50,764 bases of DNA, from IMG/VR virus record IMGVR_UViG_3300049737_000544, positions 1-50,764 of that record; one strand, given 5' to 3'. Positions 10,486-20,276 of the stretch are shown one piece after another. Position 1 is the stretch's first letter; every line of letters begins with the position of its first letter. A model generated the notes under the pieces. It was not told the origin of the DNA and searched no databases. It saw only the letters and a list, made by a program, of their open reading frames with translations. The position numbers were made by a program, and so were the translations under genes. The stretch comes from a virus (Duplodnaviria; Caudoviricetes).

Positions 10486-11349
10486 TTAAGAATTTAACTT
10501 AATTTCGCCCATAGCAGTTGGGACAATTACCTTGTACCCATATACAGCTAAACCTCTTACACCATCACCAAATGCAGATTCTAATCTTACAGTTTCAGTG
10601 TTAGTCATTTGAGAAGCGTATGCTACAGCTTTAGGATGTCCAAAAAGACCTGTAGTCACAGAACCACTAGAAGGCAAGTTGTTAGAAACATAAACAGTAA
10701 ATCTGTCTATCATTCCAATATTACCATTTCTAATTGGTGACTCAGCATCACCTGTTAGGTATGCCTGTTTTAGGTCTGAGTTTTTGATAATCGCAGCTGT
10801 TGCTGGGTCAATAATCATAAACCTTTCGGTTTCTGGGATATTGTTTTCATCCAGCGTTCTACCAGCAGTCAAAATATGACCTAAGATGTTACCAGCATTA
10901 GTACCAGCTTCACTACTATTAACGTCTGTTAAAGAGGAACCTGCTCCAATGTTAGCGAACACATCTTGCTCAATTGCAATCTTCATGTTTTGAGCCGCAT
11001 CTTCTGCTGCTGCATTCATGAAGTCTATGTCTGCTTGTTGTCTGAGAATATCATCAACTTTAAAAGCATAGCTTTTAGCTTTGTTGATGTTCAACTCAAT
11101 TGTTGATGATGTGACATCAGCATAACTTAAAGAACCTGTGTAGTCAGCAACTGTTACTGCTGGTACGGCTCTAATGTTTACCTTATCACCTTGCCCTGAA
11201 ATTTCGCCTTCATACTCGTTAGTAGTGACTTCCGCCAAAACTGTATTAGCATAAAACTTAGCTTGAAGCTTTTTCGAAAATATTTCAGGAATGAAGTGTT
11301 GTTCGCCTGAAGCGAATGAGAAATTTCCACCACTTGAAGAAATTGCCAT
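10486..11349 (-). CDS. major capsid protein (HK97 fold, P22-coat-like)
   Basis: FIPEIFS, YEGEI..GDKVNI, LDENNIP..RF, VRGL.VYG; follows scaffold, precedes terminator. Confidence 0.9.
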   Translation of the reverse strand: MAISSSGGNFSFASGEQHFIPEIFSKKLQAKFYANTVLAEVTTNEYEGEISGQGDKVNIRAVPAVTVADYTGSLSYADVTSSTIELNINKAKSYAFKVDDILRQQADIDFMNAAAEDAAQNMKIAIEQDVFANIGAGSSLTDVNSSEAGTNAGNILGHILTAGRTLDENNIPETERFMIIDPATAAIIKNSDLKQAYLTGDAESPIRNGNIGMIDRFTVYVSNNLPSSGSVTTGLFGHPKAVAYASQMTNTETVRLESAFGDGVRGLAVYGYKVIVPTAMGEIKLNS

Positions 11350-11398
11350 TTTATTTCACCTTTATATTTAAAAAGTTTTAAAAAAATGTAATAAAAAG

Positions 11399-12373
11399 TT
11401 AAGCCTTTATTCTTCCCTCGCTATAAGCTCTATCTATGTCTTTCTCAAACTTTTTATATTGTTTGTCAGACAGCTTCTCAATTTCAGAACGAGACCAAAT
11501 CTTTTTACTACTACCTATATTTTGTTTCCTCGCCTTAGAGAGTGTAGGTTCAACATTTTGTTTAGCCTTTTCTACTAATTCTTCTTTAGAAACACTTTTA
11601 GAATCTAAACCTAAGTCTTTTTTATATTTTGATAAAAGTGCAATAACATCTTGGGTTTCGCCATCGACAGCCACTGATTTCCACATTTTTGTTTGTCTCT
11701 CAAGCCAAATAGCAAAATCCGAACTTTTCGAAACAGTCTCAAAATCTGGATGAACTGCAGCTATACCCTCTAAATGTTTCCTATCTAACTCTGATTGTTG
11801 GGCTGCAAGAAGTTCTTTAGAACTCTCATTAAGCTTGTTATCAATCATCCCAATCCTAGCATCAACATATTTTTGGAGAGGTTTAACTATTTCTGGAAAA
11901 TCTTTAATTATCTCAGAAAGGTCTACATTCTCTTCAATAGCCTCTGCTACGTTTGATTCAGACTTTGTTTTCATGGCTTCCATAGATGCTATCGTATTCG
12001 ACATTTCAACTACTTTTGCCTCAAGCTCTTTAGCCCTTTGGGAATCTTTGGTCATTTTCGCTTGTGCGTTTTTATACCTATTTTCCCATTGTTCAGCGTT
12101 CAATAAGCCTTTATCAGACTCAGTTTCATCTTCTTGAATCTCTTCTTCCTGATTCGATGCTTCCACAGTCTCCGCAGATTCCTCGGGTGTGTTTTCAGCT
12201 TCCTCAATGACTTCTTCGGGGGTGTCCTGAACCTCTTCAGCTTCGGGGATAGCGAGTCCCTTTGCTTCTGGTTCGGATTCCTTCTGATCGTCTTGCACCT
12301 GCTGTATCATCTCTTCAGCTTCTTGTTCAAGCCTTTCAGCGATTACCTCGCCTCTAGTTTTTTGTCTTGCCAT
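11399..12373 (-). CDS. capsid scaffolding protein
   Basis: acidic coiled coil, HPDF motif, C-terminal IDRAYSEGRI; between portal and capsid. Confidence 0.8.
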   Translation of the reverse strand: MARQKTRGEVIAERLEQEAEEMIQQVQDDQKESEPEAKGLAIPEAEEVQDTPEEVIEEAENTPEESAETVEASNQEEEIQEDETESDKGLLNAEQWENRYKNAQAKMTKDSQRAKELEAKVVEMSNTIASMEAMKTKSESNVAEAIEENVDLSEIIKDFPEIVKPLQKYVDARIGMIDNKLNESSKELLAAQQSELDRKHLEGIAAVHPDFETVSKSSDFAIWLERQTKMWKSVAVDGETQDVIALLSKYKKDLGLDSKSVSKEELVEKAKQNVEPTLSKARKQNIGSSKKIWSRSEIEKLSDKQYKKFEKDIDRAYSEGRIKA

Positions 12374-12407
12374 TTTTCTCGGTCCTATTTTGGGGTGTCG
12401 ATTAAAA

Positions 12408-12677
12408 TTATTTATATATATTAGATGTGTCCTTTCGGGTACCTAACGAGTCGATAACTTTATCAGCTATCTCTTCTAAAGATACTACAAACTTAAAAAT
12501 GTCGCAACGACCTTGACTAAAGCGGCAGTTGTCCGTTATTTCCAACTGGTCCCTCTCCGCTTGGCGAAGGAGTTCCATTTCTTGCATCAGGTCCGACCAT
12601 TCCATCGGCATTTGGGTTTTGATTTGTCTCACCGCCTTGGAGGCTTTGGGCGAGAGCTTGTTGTAATGCTTGTTCAT
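12408..12677 (-). CDS. small head-associated protein overlapping portal C-terminus
   Basis: RBS AGGAG before ATG 12677; QGR motif common in post-portal genes. Confidence 0.6.
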   Translation of the reverse strand: MNKHYNKLSPKASKAVRQIKTQMPMEWSDLMQEMELLRQAERDQLEITDNCRFSQGRCDIFKFVVSLEEIADKVIDSLGTRKDTSNIYK

Positions 12678-14514
12678 TCATTAACTCCTGTTGTGTTTTA
12701 ATTACCTCATCTGGGTCAATATCTAATGATTTAGCTATATCAACTAAGAGATTCTCTCTCTTAACCATTTGTGCATCCATAGGATTATTGATGAGAGATA
12801 AGAATTGAAGCAGTCTTTGCGACTGTACTTCTTTTTGAATTAAAGCAGTAGACCCTCTGGCGATAATACGCATATCAGATTTTATGCTTTCATCATCATT
12901 CCAAGTCATATTCCAATCATAAAGAGATCGAACTAATGGCTTGGTTAAAAAATCATCTATATTTTTTATAACTGATTTTAAAACTATATTTGCATTTGAC
13001 ATTAAAATAGAAATACCAGTTGCAGTTCTATTTAATGAACTTTGTGTTTGTCCGTGCGTATAAGAAGGTAAGGCAGTTGTTTCATCTGCAAATCTTCTAA
13101 ACAATTCTATTAAAGATGTTAAAGAAGGAGTGTTTGATTGAGGCTGATAGAATCTAACCATAGGTTGATTACCATCGCCACCCTCTCTTAAAAATACTCG
13201 CCAAGGGTACATATCTGTTGGGTCCTCACCAGAGGCTAAAAGATCATTATTAACTTCCACCATTGGTCCTGAAGAAAGAGCCACATTATCTAACAAAATT
13301 CTTGTTGCTGCATTCATTGTATTTTGAGAATCTCTCATCATACGAGGAACTCCAGTACCCCAAAAAGAATGCGGATTTTTTTCGTAAGGAAATATAAAGT
13401 AAGGTATTTGTCCACCTGCTAAAGGATTTAATTGTGCTTTAATTATCTTATCTTCTAACAGCCAAATATTACATTGATATTCTTGAGTAAGATCATCAGC
13501 AGGGTCAAAATCAATTCCTAAATCCTGTAAATCCAAACCACTTAAAGAACCCCAAAATTCTAAAATTTCATATTTATAAGTTTTGTCTGCATAGCTTTTT
13601 ATATTTGCTATTACTCTTCTATCTGTCTCATGCTGTTGTTCTTCGTGATTTCCATCCCTGTAATAAAATAAACAATCTTCTATAGCTTTAGAGTCAAAGT
13701 TAGGAAAATCTCTTAAGTCTGATAAATCTTGTTTTGAAATTATATGCCTTCTAAATATGTTTCTCATATCTTCAACTGAAGTTGCATAAGGGTCTGGATA
13801 TAAATCAAATACAGAAACTGCTTCCATTTCAGGCATTGGTTCTTCTTCAATTAAAACAGAGAAGCCTTCTTCGCCTTTTATCCACTTATGGTCTTTATTT
13901 ATTTTTAAAGTACCAGCTTTCATAGCACCTGTGCCAAAAATTACTTGTTCCATAATGGCATCTTTCATTCTGCCTTCTAAATTATTTTCTATGGCTTGAT
14001 CTTCTATAGTCTCAGACATAGCCTCAACTCTTCTTTCAGCTTCCTCTTTTAGCTCCTCTTTAAGTTCTTCAATACGCTTTTCGATTAATGGCTCTAATTT
14101 TTCAGTGCCTATTTGTTCTGCGGCAATTTGAATTTCTTGAGCTGCTCGTTCTGCGAGTTGCATTTCTAAAACAGGGGCTTTAAGTACAGGAGTTTCTTCT
14201 ATTGTGAAAAATTTTTGACCAGCTTGAAATAATAAATCGGTGATACGAGAGTAAGCGGCTAATACTTTTGTACGGGTAAGACCTACATAAACTTGTGATC
14301 TATCCCCTTTTTGTTCTATTTTAGATAAAATTTCTGGGTCGTATTGACCCATAAAGCTTCTTAAATCTTCAATCCAATCGCTTTCCACATCATTACGAGC
14401 ATCTCTATACTCTTCAAACTTAGCTCGTAGCATTCCGCCAAGAGTCTGTAGGTTTTCTTGTTCTTCAATTTCACTAACTGAAATGCCTTCGGGATTTAAT
14501 TCTTCGTTGTCCAT
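12517..14514 (-). CDS. portal protein
   Basis: 665 aa after TerL; DLYPDP, FWGTGVPR.MRDSQ, LDNVALSSGP. Confidence 0.9.
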   Translation of the reverse strand: MDNEELNPEGISVSEIEEQENLQTLGGMLRAKFEEYRDARNDVESDWIEDLRSFMGQYDPEILSKIEQKGDRSQVYVGLTRTKVLAAYSRITDLLFQAGQKFFTIEETPVLKAPVLEMQLAERAAQEIQIAAEQIGTEKLEPLIEKRIEELKEELKEEAERRVEAMSETIEDQAIENNLEGRMKDAIMEQVIFGTGAMKAGTLKINKDHKWIKGEEGFSVLIEEEPMPEMEAVSVFDLYPDPYATSVEDMRNIFRRHIISKQDLSDLRDFPNFDSKAIEDCLFYYRDGNHEEQQHETDRRVIANIKSYADKTYKYEILEFWGSLSGLDLQDLGIDFDPADDLTQEYQCNIWLLEDKIIKAQLNPLAGGQIPYFIFPYEKNPHSFWGTGVPRMMRDSQNTMNAATRILLDNVALSSGPMVEVNNDLLASGEDPTDMYPWRVFLREGGDGNQPMVRFYQPQSNTPSLTSLIELFRRFADETTALPSYTHGQTQSSLNRTATGISILMSNANIVLKSVIKNIDDFLTKPLVRSLYDWNMTWNDDESIKSDMRIIARGSTALIQKEVQSQRLLQFLSLINNPMDAQMVKRENLLVDIAKSLDIDPDEVIKTQQELMNEQALQQALAQSLQGGETNQNPNADGMVGPDARNGTPSPSGEGPVGNNGQLPL

Positions 14515-16107
14515 TTAATAAAAATATTCCTTTCTTTCTTTACGAAAAGTTTGTCGGTGCTTTCTCGGCATACTGTTCAAACCAAACAAAGCAATGCTGT
14601 AAGCCATTATTCTATCATCAAAACATCCAGATTGTGCATTAGTTATTCCTCTAGCATCTACCACATAAGTTCTTAATTCATTTATAAGTTCCATATCAAC
14701 TATTCCAGACTCGCCTTGTCGTAATAAATGTACTAGGTTATCAATAATTAATGGCTTTGTTTTTGTTGTTGTTAAGAAACCTGCTCGTCTGGTGAGCTTA
14801 TCAACATAAGCATCATCGACAGTCTGTTCTACAAATAAGTTTGGATAATTAAGTTCTTGCATTTTTCTTATTGTAGTTAAGCCGTGATTGTTTCTTTCTA
14901 TTAAGGTCCAAGCTTTATTATAAAAAACTGCTATTTTTAAAACTATGTGAGCAAGATCAAACGGGTCTACATGACCTGTCCATGTGGCGACTTGATTGCC
15001 GAGATGGTCTAAAACTTGGATGCAGCTGTAATCTCCGTGCTCGAGTCCCTCCGCAACATCTACTCCTATACAATATCTTAGAGAATCCCTTGGATTCTCG
15101 AAAATTTTTAGGAGCCCATTTTTGTGTTCTATTAAATCGCTTTCTCGCACATCGAGGCGGGAAATCGGGGTAAAGCACTCTAAAGCAGCTTGGTCTATGT
15201 ATTTCGGCTCTACGAATAATCTACCTGTTGTTAAAAATGCCTCTTGCGGGGTAGAAGGGTATTCCTGTCTGAATAGTTCTTCCGAGCCAAGTTCTTGTAT
15301 TTTTAATCTGCGATAGAGTATTTGCTCATCCGTAAGATCATACATAGCCTTCACATCTTCTTCTTCTCGTTCTAATTCAAAATATTTATCCGTCTTACGC
15401 TTATATTCGGGCATCAGAAACCAAGGTATAAAACATATATCCCACTCACCTTCGCCTCGCAGAGCTCTCATACACGCATCATAAAACCACCCTCCAGCAC
15501 CATTTGCAGTAGATTCTAATAATATTTCAGACTCCATTTCGGGGACTGTCTGGAGCAAACTCGGGATAATATCGGCATTCGGATAAAAAGCGACCTCAGA
15601 GCCATGCAAATAGTTCGTAGTCCACCCCCTGCCAACTTCACCCGTTCTGGCTGTCGCTATTCTCCATCGAGAACCATGCGTAAAAGCCATAGAGTTAGAA
15701 GTCGATTCTTTGAGTTCAGGAGTAACCAGTGGATGCGGTAAATTATCATAGTAATTACGCACCATACTGAAGATAGCTTTAGTCGATTCATTCAAGTGAG
15801 ATACCACAACCGCATTAAGGTTTTCGTTAGTTGCTGTTTTCCAAAAACCTCGAGCCTGACAATATGTAGAAATGCCAGTTTGTCGTGCCTTTAAGATGAG
15901 CATTCTGACCCGTTTATGATGAGAATATTGCTTTTGTATTTTTTCATCTAATAATTTTTGTGCTTCATTGAAAACAAGCGATTTTGATTTGCCCTGTTTA
16001 TCTATAATTTTTAAGCAATGTTCAGAATAAATGCCAAGATCGGTTTTAAAGGTATTTATAATTTTTTTTATTTTATTTTTTTCAGAATCATTTTGCAAAA
16101 TTACCAC
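14515..16107 (-). CDS. terL: terminase large subunit
   Basis: LKARQTGIST Walker A, LHGSE Walker B, ESTANG, GVDVAEG and DDRIMA nuclease motifs. Confidence 0.95.
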   Translation of the reverse strand: MVILQNDSEKNKIKKIINTFKTDLGIYSEHCLKIIDKQGKSKSLVFNEAQKLLDEKIQKQYSHHKRVRMLILKARQTGISTYCQARGFWKTATNENLNAVVVSHLNESTKAIFSMVRNYYDNLPHPLVTPELKESTSNSMAFTHGSRWRIATARTGEVGRGWTTNYLHGSEVAFYPNADIIPSLLQTVPEMESEILLESTANGAGGWFYDACMRALRGEGEWDICFIPWFLMPEYKRKTDKYFELEREEEDVKAMYDLTDEQILYRRLKIQELGSEELFRQEYPSTPQEAFLTTGRLFVEPKYIDQAALECFTPISRLDVRESDLIEHKNGLLKIFENPRDSLRYCIGVDVAEGLEHGDYSCIQVLDHLGNQVATWTGHVDPFDLAHIVLKIAVFYNKAWTLIERNNHGLTTIRKMQELNYPNLFVEQTVDDAYVDKLTRRAGFLTTTKTKPLIIDNLVHLLRQGESGIVDMELINELRTYVVDARGITNAQSGCFDDRIMAYSIALFGLNSMPRKHRQTFRKERKEYFY

Positions 16108-16239
16108 CCCCCCTTATGTACACATGGGGTATAGGTATATATGTATAGTATGCGGTCGAGCCCCTGCCGCCACCCCTTGTAGCTGCAAGGTCTTAGTCGA
16201 TAGTGGTTACTATCATGGTCCATAATAATAAAGTATCAC

Positions 16240-16647
16240 CTAAGAAAGGTTATCCTCTTTCTTTATAAAATCTAGAGTATCGAACCAATTTTCTTTCATT
16301 GATACCTCTATTGATTGATTATCCTCAAGCATTCCATAGAATTTCATGAGAATCTCTAGAGCCTTAACCCTAGAGCCAGAAGTATGTCCATTTACTTTAC
16401 CAAGTGCTTCATCTTTTAGCTGCTGAATGATCGCATCATGGTCGTTTAGGTTCCTTTCTTTGGATTCTGCAGTCTCTTTTGCCAACATTTTCTGTACTTC
16501 ATCATCTTTCATCAATCTGTAACCTTGTGAATAAGCTGATCTAGCAGAATAACCAACTCTTTTGGCGGCTTCTGTAGCGTTTCTTGTCACCATAAAATGC
16601 TGCACAAATTCTTCTTTTCTTTGTTTTACGGATTTATTTTTAATCAT
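16240..16647 (-). CDS. terS: terminase small subunit
   Basis: NATEAAKRVGYS HTH; RVKALEIL; upstream of terL. Confidence 0.9.
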   Translation of the reverse strand: MIKNKSVKQRKEEFVQHFMVTRNATEAAKRVGYSARSAYSQGYRLMKDDEVQKMLAKETAESKERNLNDHDAIIQQLKDEALGKVNGHTSGSRVKALEILMKFYGMLEDNQSIEVSMKENWFDTLDFIKKEDNLS

Positions 16648-16653
16648 AGTATT

Positions 16654-17157
16654 TTATTCGTTATGTTCAGCAATAAGTTTACACCAATCTATCAATTCAT
16701 TTAAGTCTAGAGTGTACTTCATCATGTTAATTGCTAGGCATACCAGAGCAATGTTTTTTGGCTCATAACCAACATCATTTTTTACTCTATCAATGCTTAT
16801 ATTAGTTAAGTGCATTCCTGTTCCATCTTTCACAAAAGTCATAGGCAATCCGCTATATTTACACAGCCCTTTTTGCTTATCGTAAACAGCATATAAGTCT
16901 TCTTTTGTGATTGTGAATCCATGTGTTTTCTTTCTCTTATGTGAGAGTTGATTGTATAGGTTTGATATATAGGAATACGGAGATCGGCTCATGTTTTTTC
17001 TTTTCCCGAAATCACGGCACTTGCGGCATATATTACTTCTATAGCCTTTGGACATTTCGAACCTTTCAACCTTTTTTTCTTTCCCGCATTTCACGCAGGA
17101 TTTATATTCTTCTTTAGGTCCAGTCAAACGGGAATTTGTCTTTGATTGTAATTTCAA
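16654..17157 (-). CDS. Zn-finger HNH-like endonuclease
   Basis: CxxC..CxxC; C.YSGLPM, SIDR...GY...NI.LVC..INMMK; true start uncertain. Confidence 0.7.
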   Translation of the reverse strand: MKLQSKTNSRLTGPKEEYKSCVKCGKEKKVERFEMSKGYRSNICRKCRDFGKRKNMSRSPYSYISNLYNQLSHKRKKTHGFTITKEDLYAVYDKQKGLCKYSGLPMTFVKDGTGMHLTNISIDRVKNDVGYEPKNIALVCLAINMMKYTLDLNELIDWCKLIAEHNE

Positions 17158-17521
17158 ACTCTTCCTCCTCTTTTAATATATCTAAGAACTTTTTCATTGC
17201 TTTCTTGCTATTAGCTATTGCGGGTCTCCCCTTCATTATTTTTTCCCCGATTAAAACGCAGCCCTCAGAATCCTTTTCTGGAAAGTTTCCAGCATGGAAA
17301 AGAATATAAGTTCTATTGGGTACATTGGAGACTATATAAGTATTACCAAACTTAGGTGAGAGGTATTTTTTACAGGTGTATGTATTACAGGGAATGCAGC
17401 TGACATTTTTTTTATTCCCCCGAAAAGGACGTTCCGCTGTATAGAATATTTCTCCGTCTATTGTGAGTTTTCCTAAAGTTGCTTCAGGATGATAAGCGAA
17501 CCTTAAAAGGGTGGCTTTCAT
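17114..17521 (-). CDS. DUF5675-like putative endolysin
   Basis: TLGKL..SCIP..VPNRTYILFHAGN..DSEGCVLIG; start moved to ATG 17521 to avoid overlap. Confidence 0.7.
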   Translation of the reverse strand: MKATLLRFAYHPEATLGKLTIDGEIFYTAERPFRGNKKNVSCIPCNTYTCKKYLSPKFGNTYIVSNVPNRTYILFHAGNFPEKDSEGCVLIGEKIMKGRPAIANSKKAMKKFLDILKEEEEFEITIKDKFPFDWT

Positions 17522-17525
17522 TCTC

Positions 17526-17783
17526 TTATCTAAAAAATAAAGCCAAGGTCGCAACGGCTGCGGCAATAAGAGCCCAAGCAACTCTTTCAATCCAACCAAC
17601 ATAAACTGTATTTTTTTGCTGTTGTTGTTCAAGAGTTCTCAATCTCCTTTCATGGTCTGATAAATCGTCTTTTTGATTTATCATCCTTTCTTCCAATCTG
17701 GGTAATATTTGAGACAACTTATGAACCTCATTCATTTTTTCTTCGAGGTTATTTAATCGCATCTCTATTTCTTTTGTTTCCAT
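17526..17783 (-). CDS. coiled-coil protein with C-terminal TM helix (XhlA/holin-like)
   Basis: DHERRLRTLE then hydrophobic tail; upstream of putative endolysin. Confidence 0.65.
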   Translation of the reverse strand: METKEIEMRLNNLEEKMNEVHKLSQILPRLEERMINQKDDLSDHERRLRTLEQQQQKNTVYVGWIERVAWALIAAAVATLALFFR

Positions 17784-17932
17784 TGTTAGTAAGGTATGCA
17801 GAGAAGATACAACACAAATAAAAGCCTTTCAAGCAATGAATTGTTTGTAATTAAAGTTATAAGAAATATTCTTTTTATGAAAACTTAATCTTAAAAAACA
17901 CATAAAAATTTCATCTTTTTTGAATTTTTTTC

Positions 17933-17962
17933 TTGACAGCCTCTATTTTTAATTGATAAGGT
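17933..17962 (+). promoter_or_regulatory. sigma70-type early promoter
   Basis: TTGACA, 18 bp, TGn-TAAGGT; AT-rich upstream tract. Confidence 0.7.
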
Positions 17963-18017
17963 TCGCATCATGTTATTACAAACAAAACACAACAAACGCA
18001 GAAATGCAGGAGAAAAT

Positions 18018-18335
18018 ATGAAAAATTGTAAAATAACAAAACTAAGCCATAACTTGATTTCCTATCGAGGTTTTTATTTCGGAGTGAATTACATAGTTAA
18101 GTCTGGTGGAAGGGGTTCTGTAAATGGAATGGAATATTATGGCATGAATGCAGGTATGAAAAGACATTTCTGGACTAGGGAGGAATTGAAGAGATGTGTA
18201 GACAGAAGGATTGATAGTGCAATGAAAGTTTATTGTGAGTCTTACGGCTGGGACACTGAGGACAATCCACTCTTAGCAGAAAGATTAGCTGAATTGGATT
18301 CTGCAAAAAATAACTCAAACAAGGAGGTTTCGTAA
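18018..18335 (+). CDS. early hypothetical protein
   Basis: RBS AGGAG before ATG 18018 (preferred over 17970). Confidence 0.75.
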   Translation: MKNCKITKLSHNLISYRGFYFGVNYIVKSGGRGSVNGMEYYGMNAGMKRHFWTREELKRCVDRRIDSAMKVYCESYGWDTEDNPLLAERLAELDSAKNNSNKEVS

Positions 18336-18336
18336 T

Positions 18337-19089
18337 ATGAAAGATGTAATTTACAGACATGATTTTTCAATGGATGAAGATCATCGGGACTTACAGTGGA
18401 GTTTGAAAGATGCGGAAGCGACACTTTGGGACTATAAAGTTTCAATAACTGAAGCTGGAGACAAAAAAGGCTTGAAAGATACAGTTTATTTCCAAAAGCT
18501 TTTGAAACGAGTTCATGCAGATTATGAGCACTCTATAAAAGCCCTTCACGAAGCTTTTTTATTTCATGCAAGTAGAGTTAATGCAGCTGAATTAAAAGAC
18601 CTTGTAAGCCTTTATGAGGTATCAGTAGACGAGACTGAAAAATATTCAGACTTGGAATTTGCCTATGAATATTATTTTTCAAGTAGTGAAGATAAATTCC
18701 AGCACGAATATAACCCTGCTGCTGCAATAGAATCCCACGAAATCTTTTTGAAGAGTTTCAACAAAAGATTCACTTTGGAAGGAATTGACAAGATTTTCTA
18801 CGAAATTGAAGGAGATCAAGACTCAAACTATATTTTTCTGCTTGAAGAAATAAAAACTTGTAAGAGATATGTATGTGTTGGGGGCACTAATCTGAAATCT
18901 ATAGTTACTGAAGGACTTTATGGTAAAAGCATGATTGAACTACAAGGTGAAGCCTTAATGAGTTGGTTAGACTTTTGTGAAGCAGCTGGAACGAATCGTT
19001 TTAAAACTTCTCTTTGGGATATTCAAATAACATTAGAAAAATATAAAAAAGTTATGGAGGATATGGAAAGCACTTCTGACGAGTCTTAA
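18337..19089 (+). CDS. acidic early hypothetical protein
   Basis: 250-aa ORF, RBS AGGAGG. Confidence 0.8.
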   Translation: MKDVIYRHDFSMDEDHRDLQWSLKDAEATLWDYKVSITEAGDKKGLKDTVYFQKLLKRVHADYEHSIKALHEAFLFHASRVNAAELKDLVSLYEVSVDETEKYSDLEFAYEYYFSSSEDKFQHEYNPAAAIESHEIFLKSFNKRFTLEGIDKIFYEIEGDQDSNYIFLLEEIKTCKRYVCVGGTNLKSIVTEGLYGKSMIELQGEALMSWLDFCEAAGTNRFKTSLWDIQITLEKYKKVMEDMESTSDES

Positions 19090-19123
19090 TGAGACGAAAC
19101 TTCCCTTCGGGGAAGTCAAGTGC
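19070..19123 (+). ncRNA. type I hammerhead ribozyme HHR1 (predicted cleavage after GUC 19117)
   Basis: stem I GCACTT/AAGTGC; CTGACGA; stem II GTCT/AGAC; GAAA; stem III ACTTCCC-TTCG-GGGAAGT; C17. Confidence 0.93.
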
Positions 19124-19166
19124 GGAACATTGGGTTCCAAACAAAAAACTTTCATACGGAGAAAAT

Positions 19167-20204
19167 ATGAAAAAAGTTAGAAAAAAACAAATCGAAGTTA
19201 TCCAAGAAAAATTGGTTGCTTTGATGGAGAAGGAAGGAGCAAGTTGGTCCAAAATGTGGGTCCAAACTATGGCACCTTTCAATATTAAATCTAAAAAAGC
19301 TTATCGAGGAATGAATAATTTCTGGTTAGCAAATTGTCAGATTGACTGGGACCGCAATGCGGAAATAGAAGAAGGCTTGGAAAAAGGTACACTTGACCTA
19401 GATGAAGATGGAAACATTCTCGAATCACAAGGAGAATATGAAAATACTTCACCTGTCTGGGGCACCTTCAAACAATGGAATGAACTTGGACATAAAATCA
19501 AAAAAGGTTCCAAGGCTCAGAAAGTTGTATTTGCTTCCAAGCTTGAAAAGAAAATGTCTTGGCTCACTGAAAGACAAAAGGCAAATGTAAAAGCAGGTGG
19601 CAATATGCCTACTTACTTTGCTTGGAAAGAGTTCAGTGTATTCAATGCAGTTCAGATTGAAGGCTTTGATTCAGATAAAATTGAAAAGCTTTGCGGCAAT
19701 TCTAAATTCACGAAGGAACTAGACTCTGAAAAAGTCGAATCCCTTAGAGAATTTATTAAAAATACTGGAGCCACGATTTTATACAATGAAACAAATCCTT
19801 TTTCATCTGTTGATGGGGCTTATTTTTCCCCAAGCAAGGATTATATTGGAATGCCTTTGCAATCAAAATTCAATGATGATATTGGCTTCTTTGGAACTCT
19901 CTTGCATGAACTGGTTCATTGGACAGGGCACAAAGACAGGCTTGACAGAGATGTTCAGCAGGGCAGCAGCAAAGAGGACTATGCCAAGGAGGAACTTGTT
20001 GCGGAGATTGGTTCAGCTATCCTTTGTCAATTGCTAGGCATTGAGGCATCAATCAGAGCAAACCATGCACAGTATCTTAACCACTGGATTAAATCCATTA
20101 AGGAAGATTCTAAGGCTATGGTAAAGGCTTTCTCTCAAGCTACTAAGGCGGTTGATTATCTATTCAGCTTACAAGAAGAAATGAAGAAAGAGGAGGCTGC
20201 GTAA
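19167..20204 (+). CDS. ardC: ArdC-like protein (ssDNA-binding domain + zincin metallopeptidase)
   Basis: YRGMN, WGTFKQW..G..IKKGSK, VFNAVQ, LLHELVHWTGH, YAKEELVAEIGSA; start moved to ATG 19167 after GGAG. Confidence 0.88.
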   Translation: MKKVRKKQIEVIQEKLVALMEKEGASWSKMWVQTMAPFNIKSKKAYRGMNNFWLANCQIDWDRNAEIEEGLEKGTLDLDEDGNILESQGEYENTSPVWGTFKQWNELGHKIKKGSKAQKVVFASKLEKKMSWLTERQKANVKAGGNMPTYFAWKEFSVFNAVQIEGFDSDKIEKLCGNSKFTKELDSEKVESLREFIKNTGATILYNETNPFSSVDGAYFSPSKDYIGMPLQSKFNDDIGFFGTLLHELVHWTGHKDRLDRDVQQGSSKEDYAKEELVAEIGSAILCQLLGIEASIRANHAQYLNHWIKSIKEDSKAMVKAFSQATKAVDYLFSLQEEMKKEEAA

Positions 20205-20208
20205 TAGA

Positions 20209-20276
20209 GCACTACTGAAGAGACTTTATGAGTCGAAACCTGTTTTTTTCTTCCCCCGAAAAAGCAGGTCTAGTGC
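20209..20276 (+). ncRNA. type I hammerhead ribozyme HHR2 (predicted cleavage after GUC 20270)
   Basis: stem I GCACTA/TAGTGC; CTGAAGA; stem II GACT/AGTC; GAAA; 12-bp stem III ACCTGTTTTTTT/GAAAAAGCAGGT; C17. Confidence 0.93.

Noticed and set aside
19089-19166. 26-aa N-terminal extension of ArdC in the ORF track
   Set aside because: Runs through HHR1 and its cleavage site; ATG 19167 has the shared RBS
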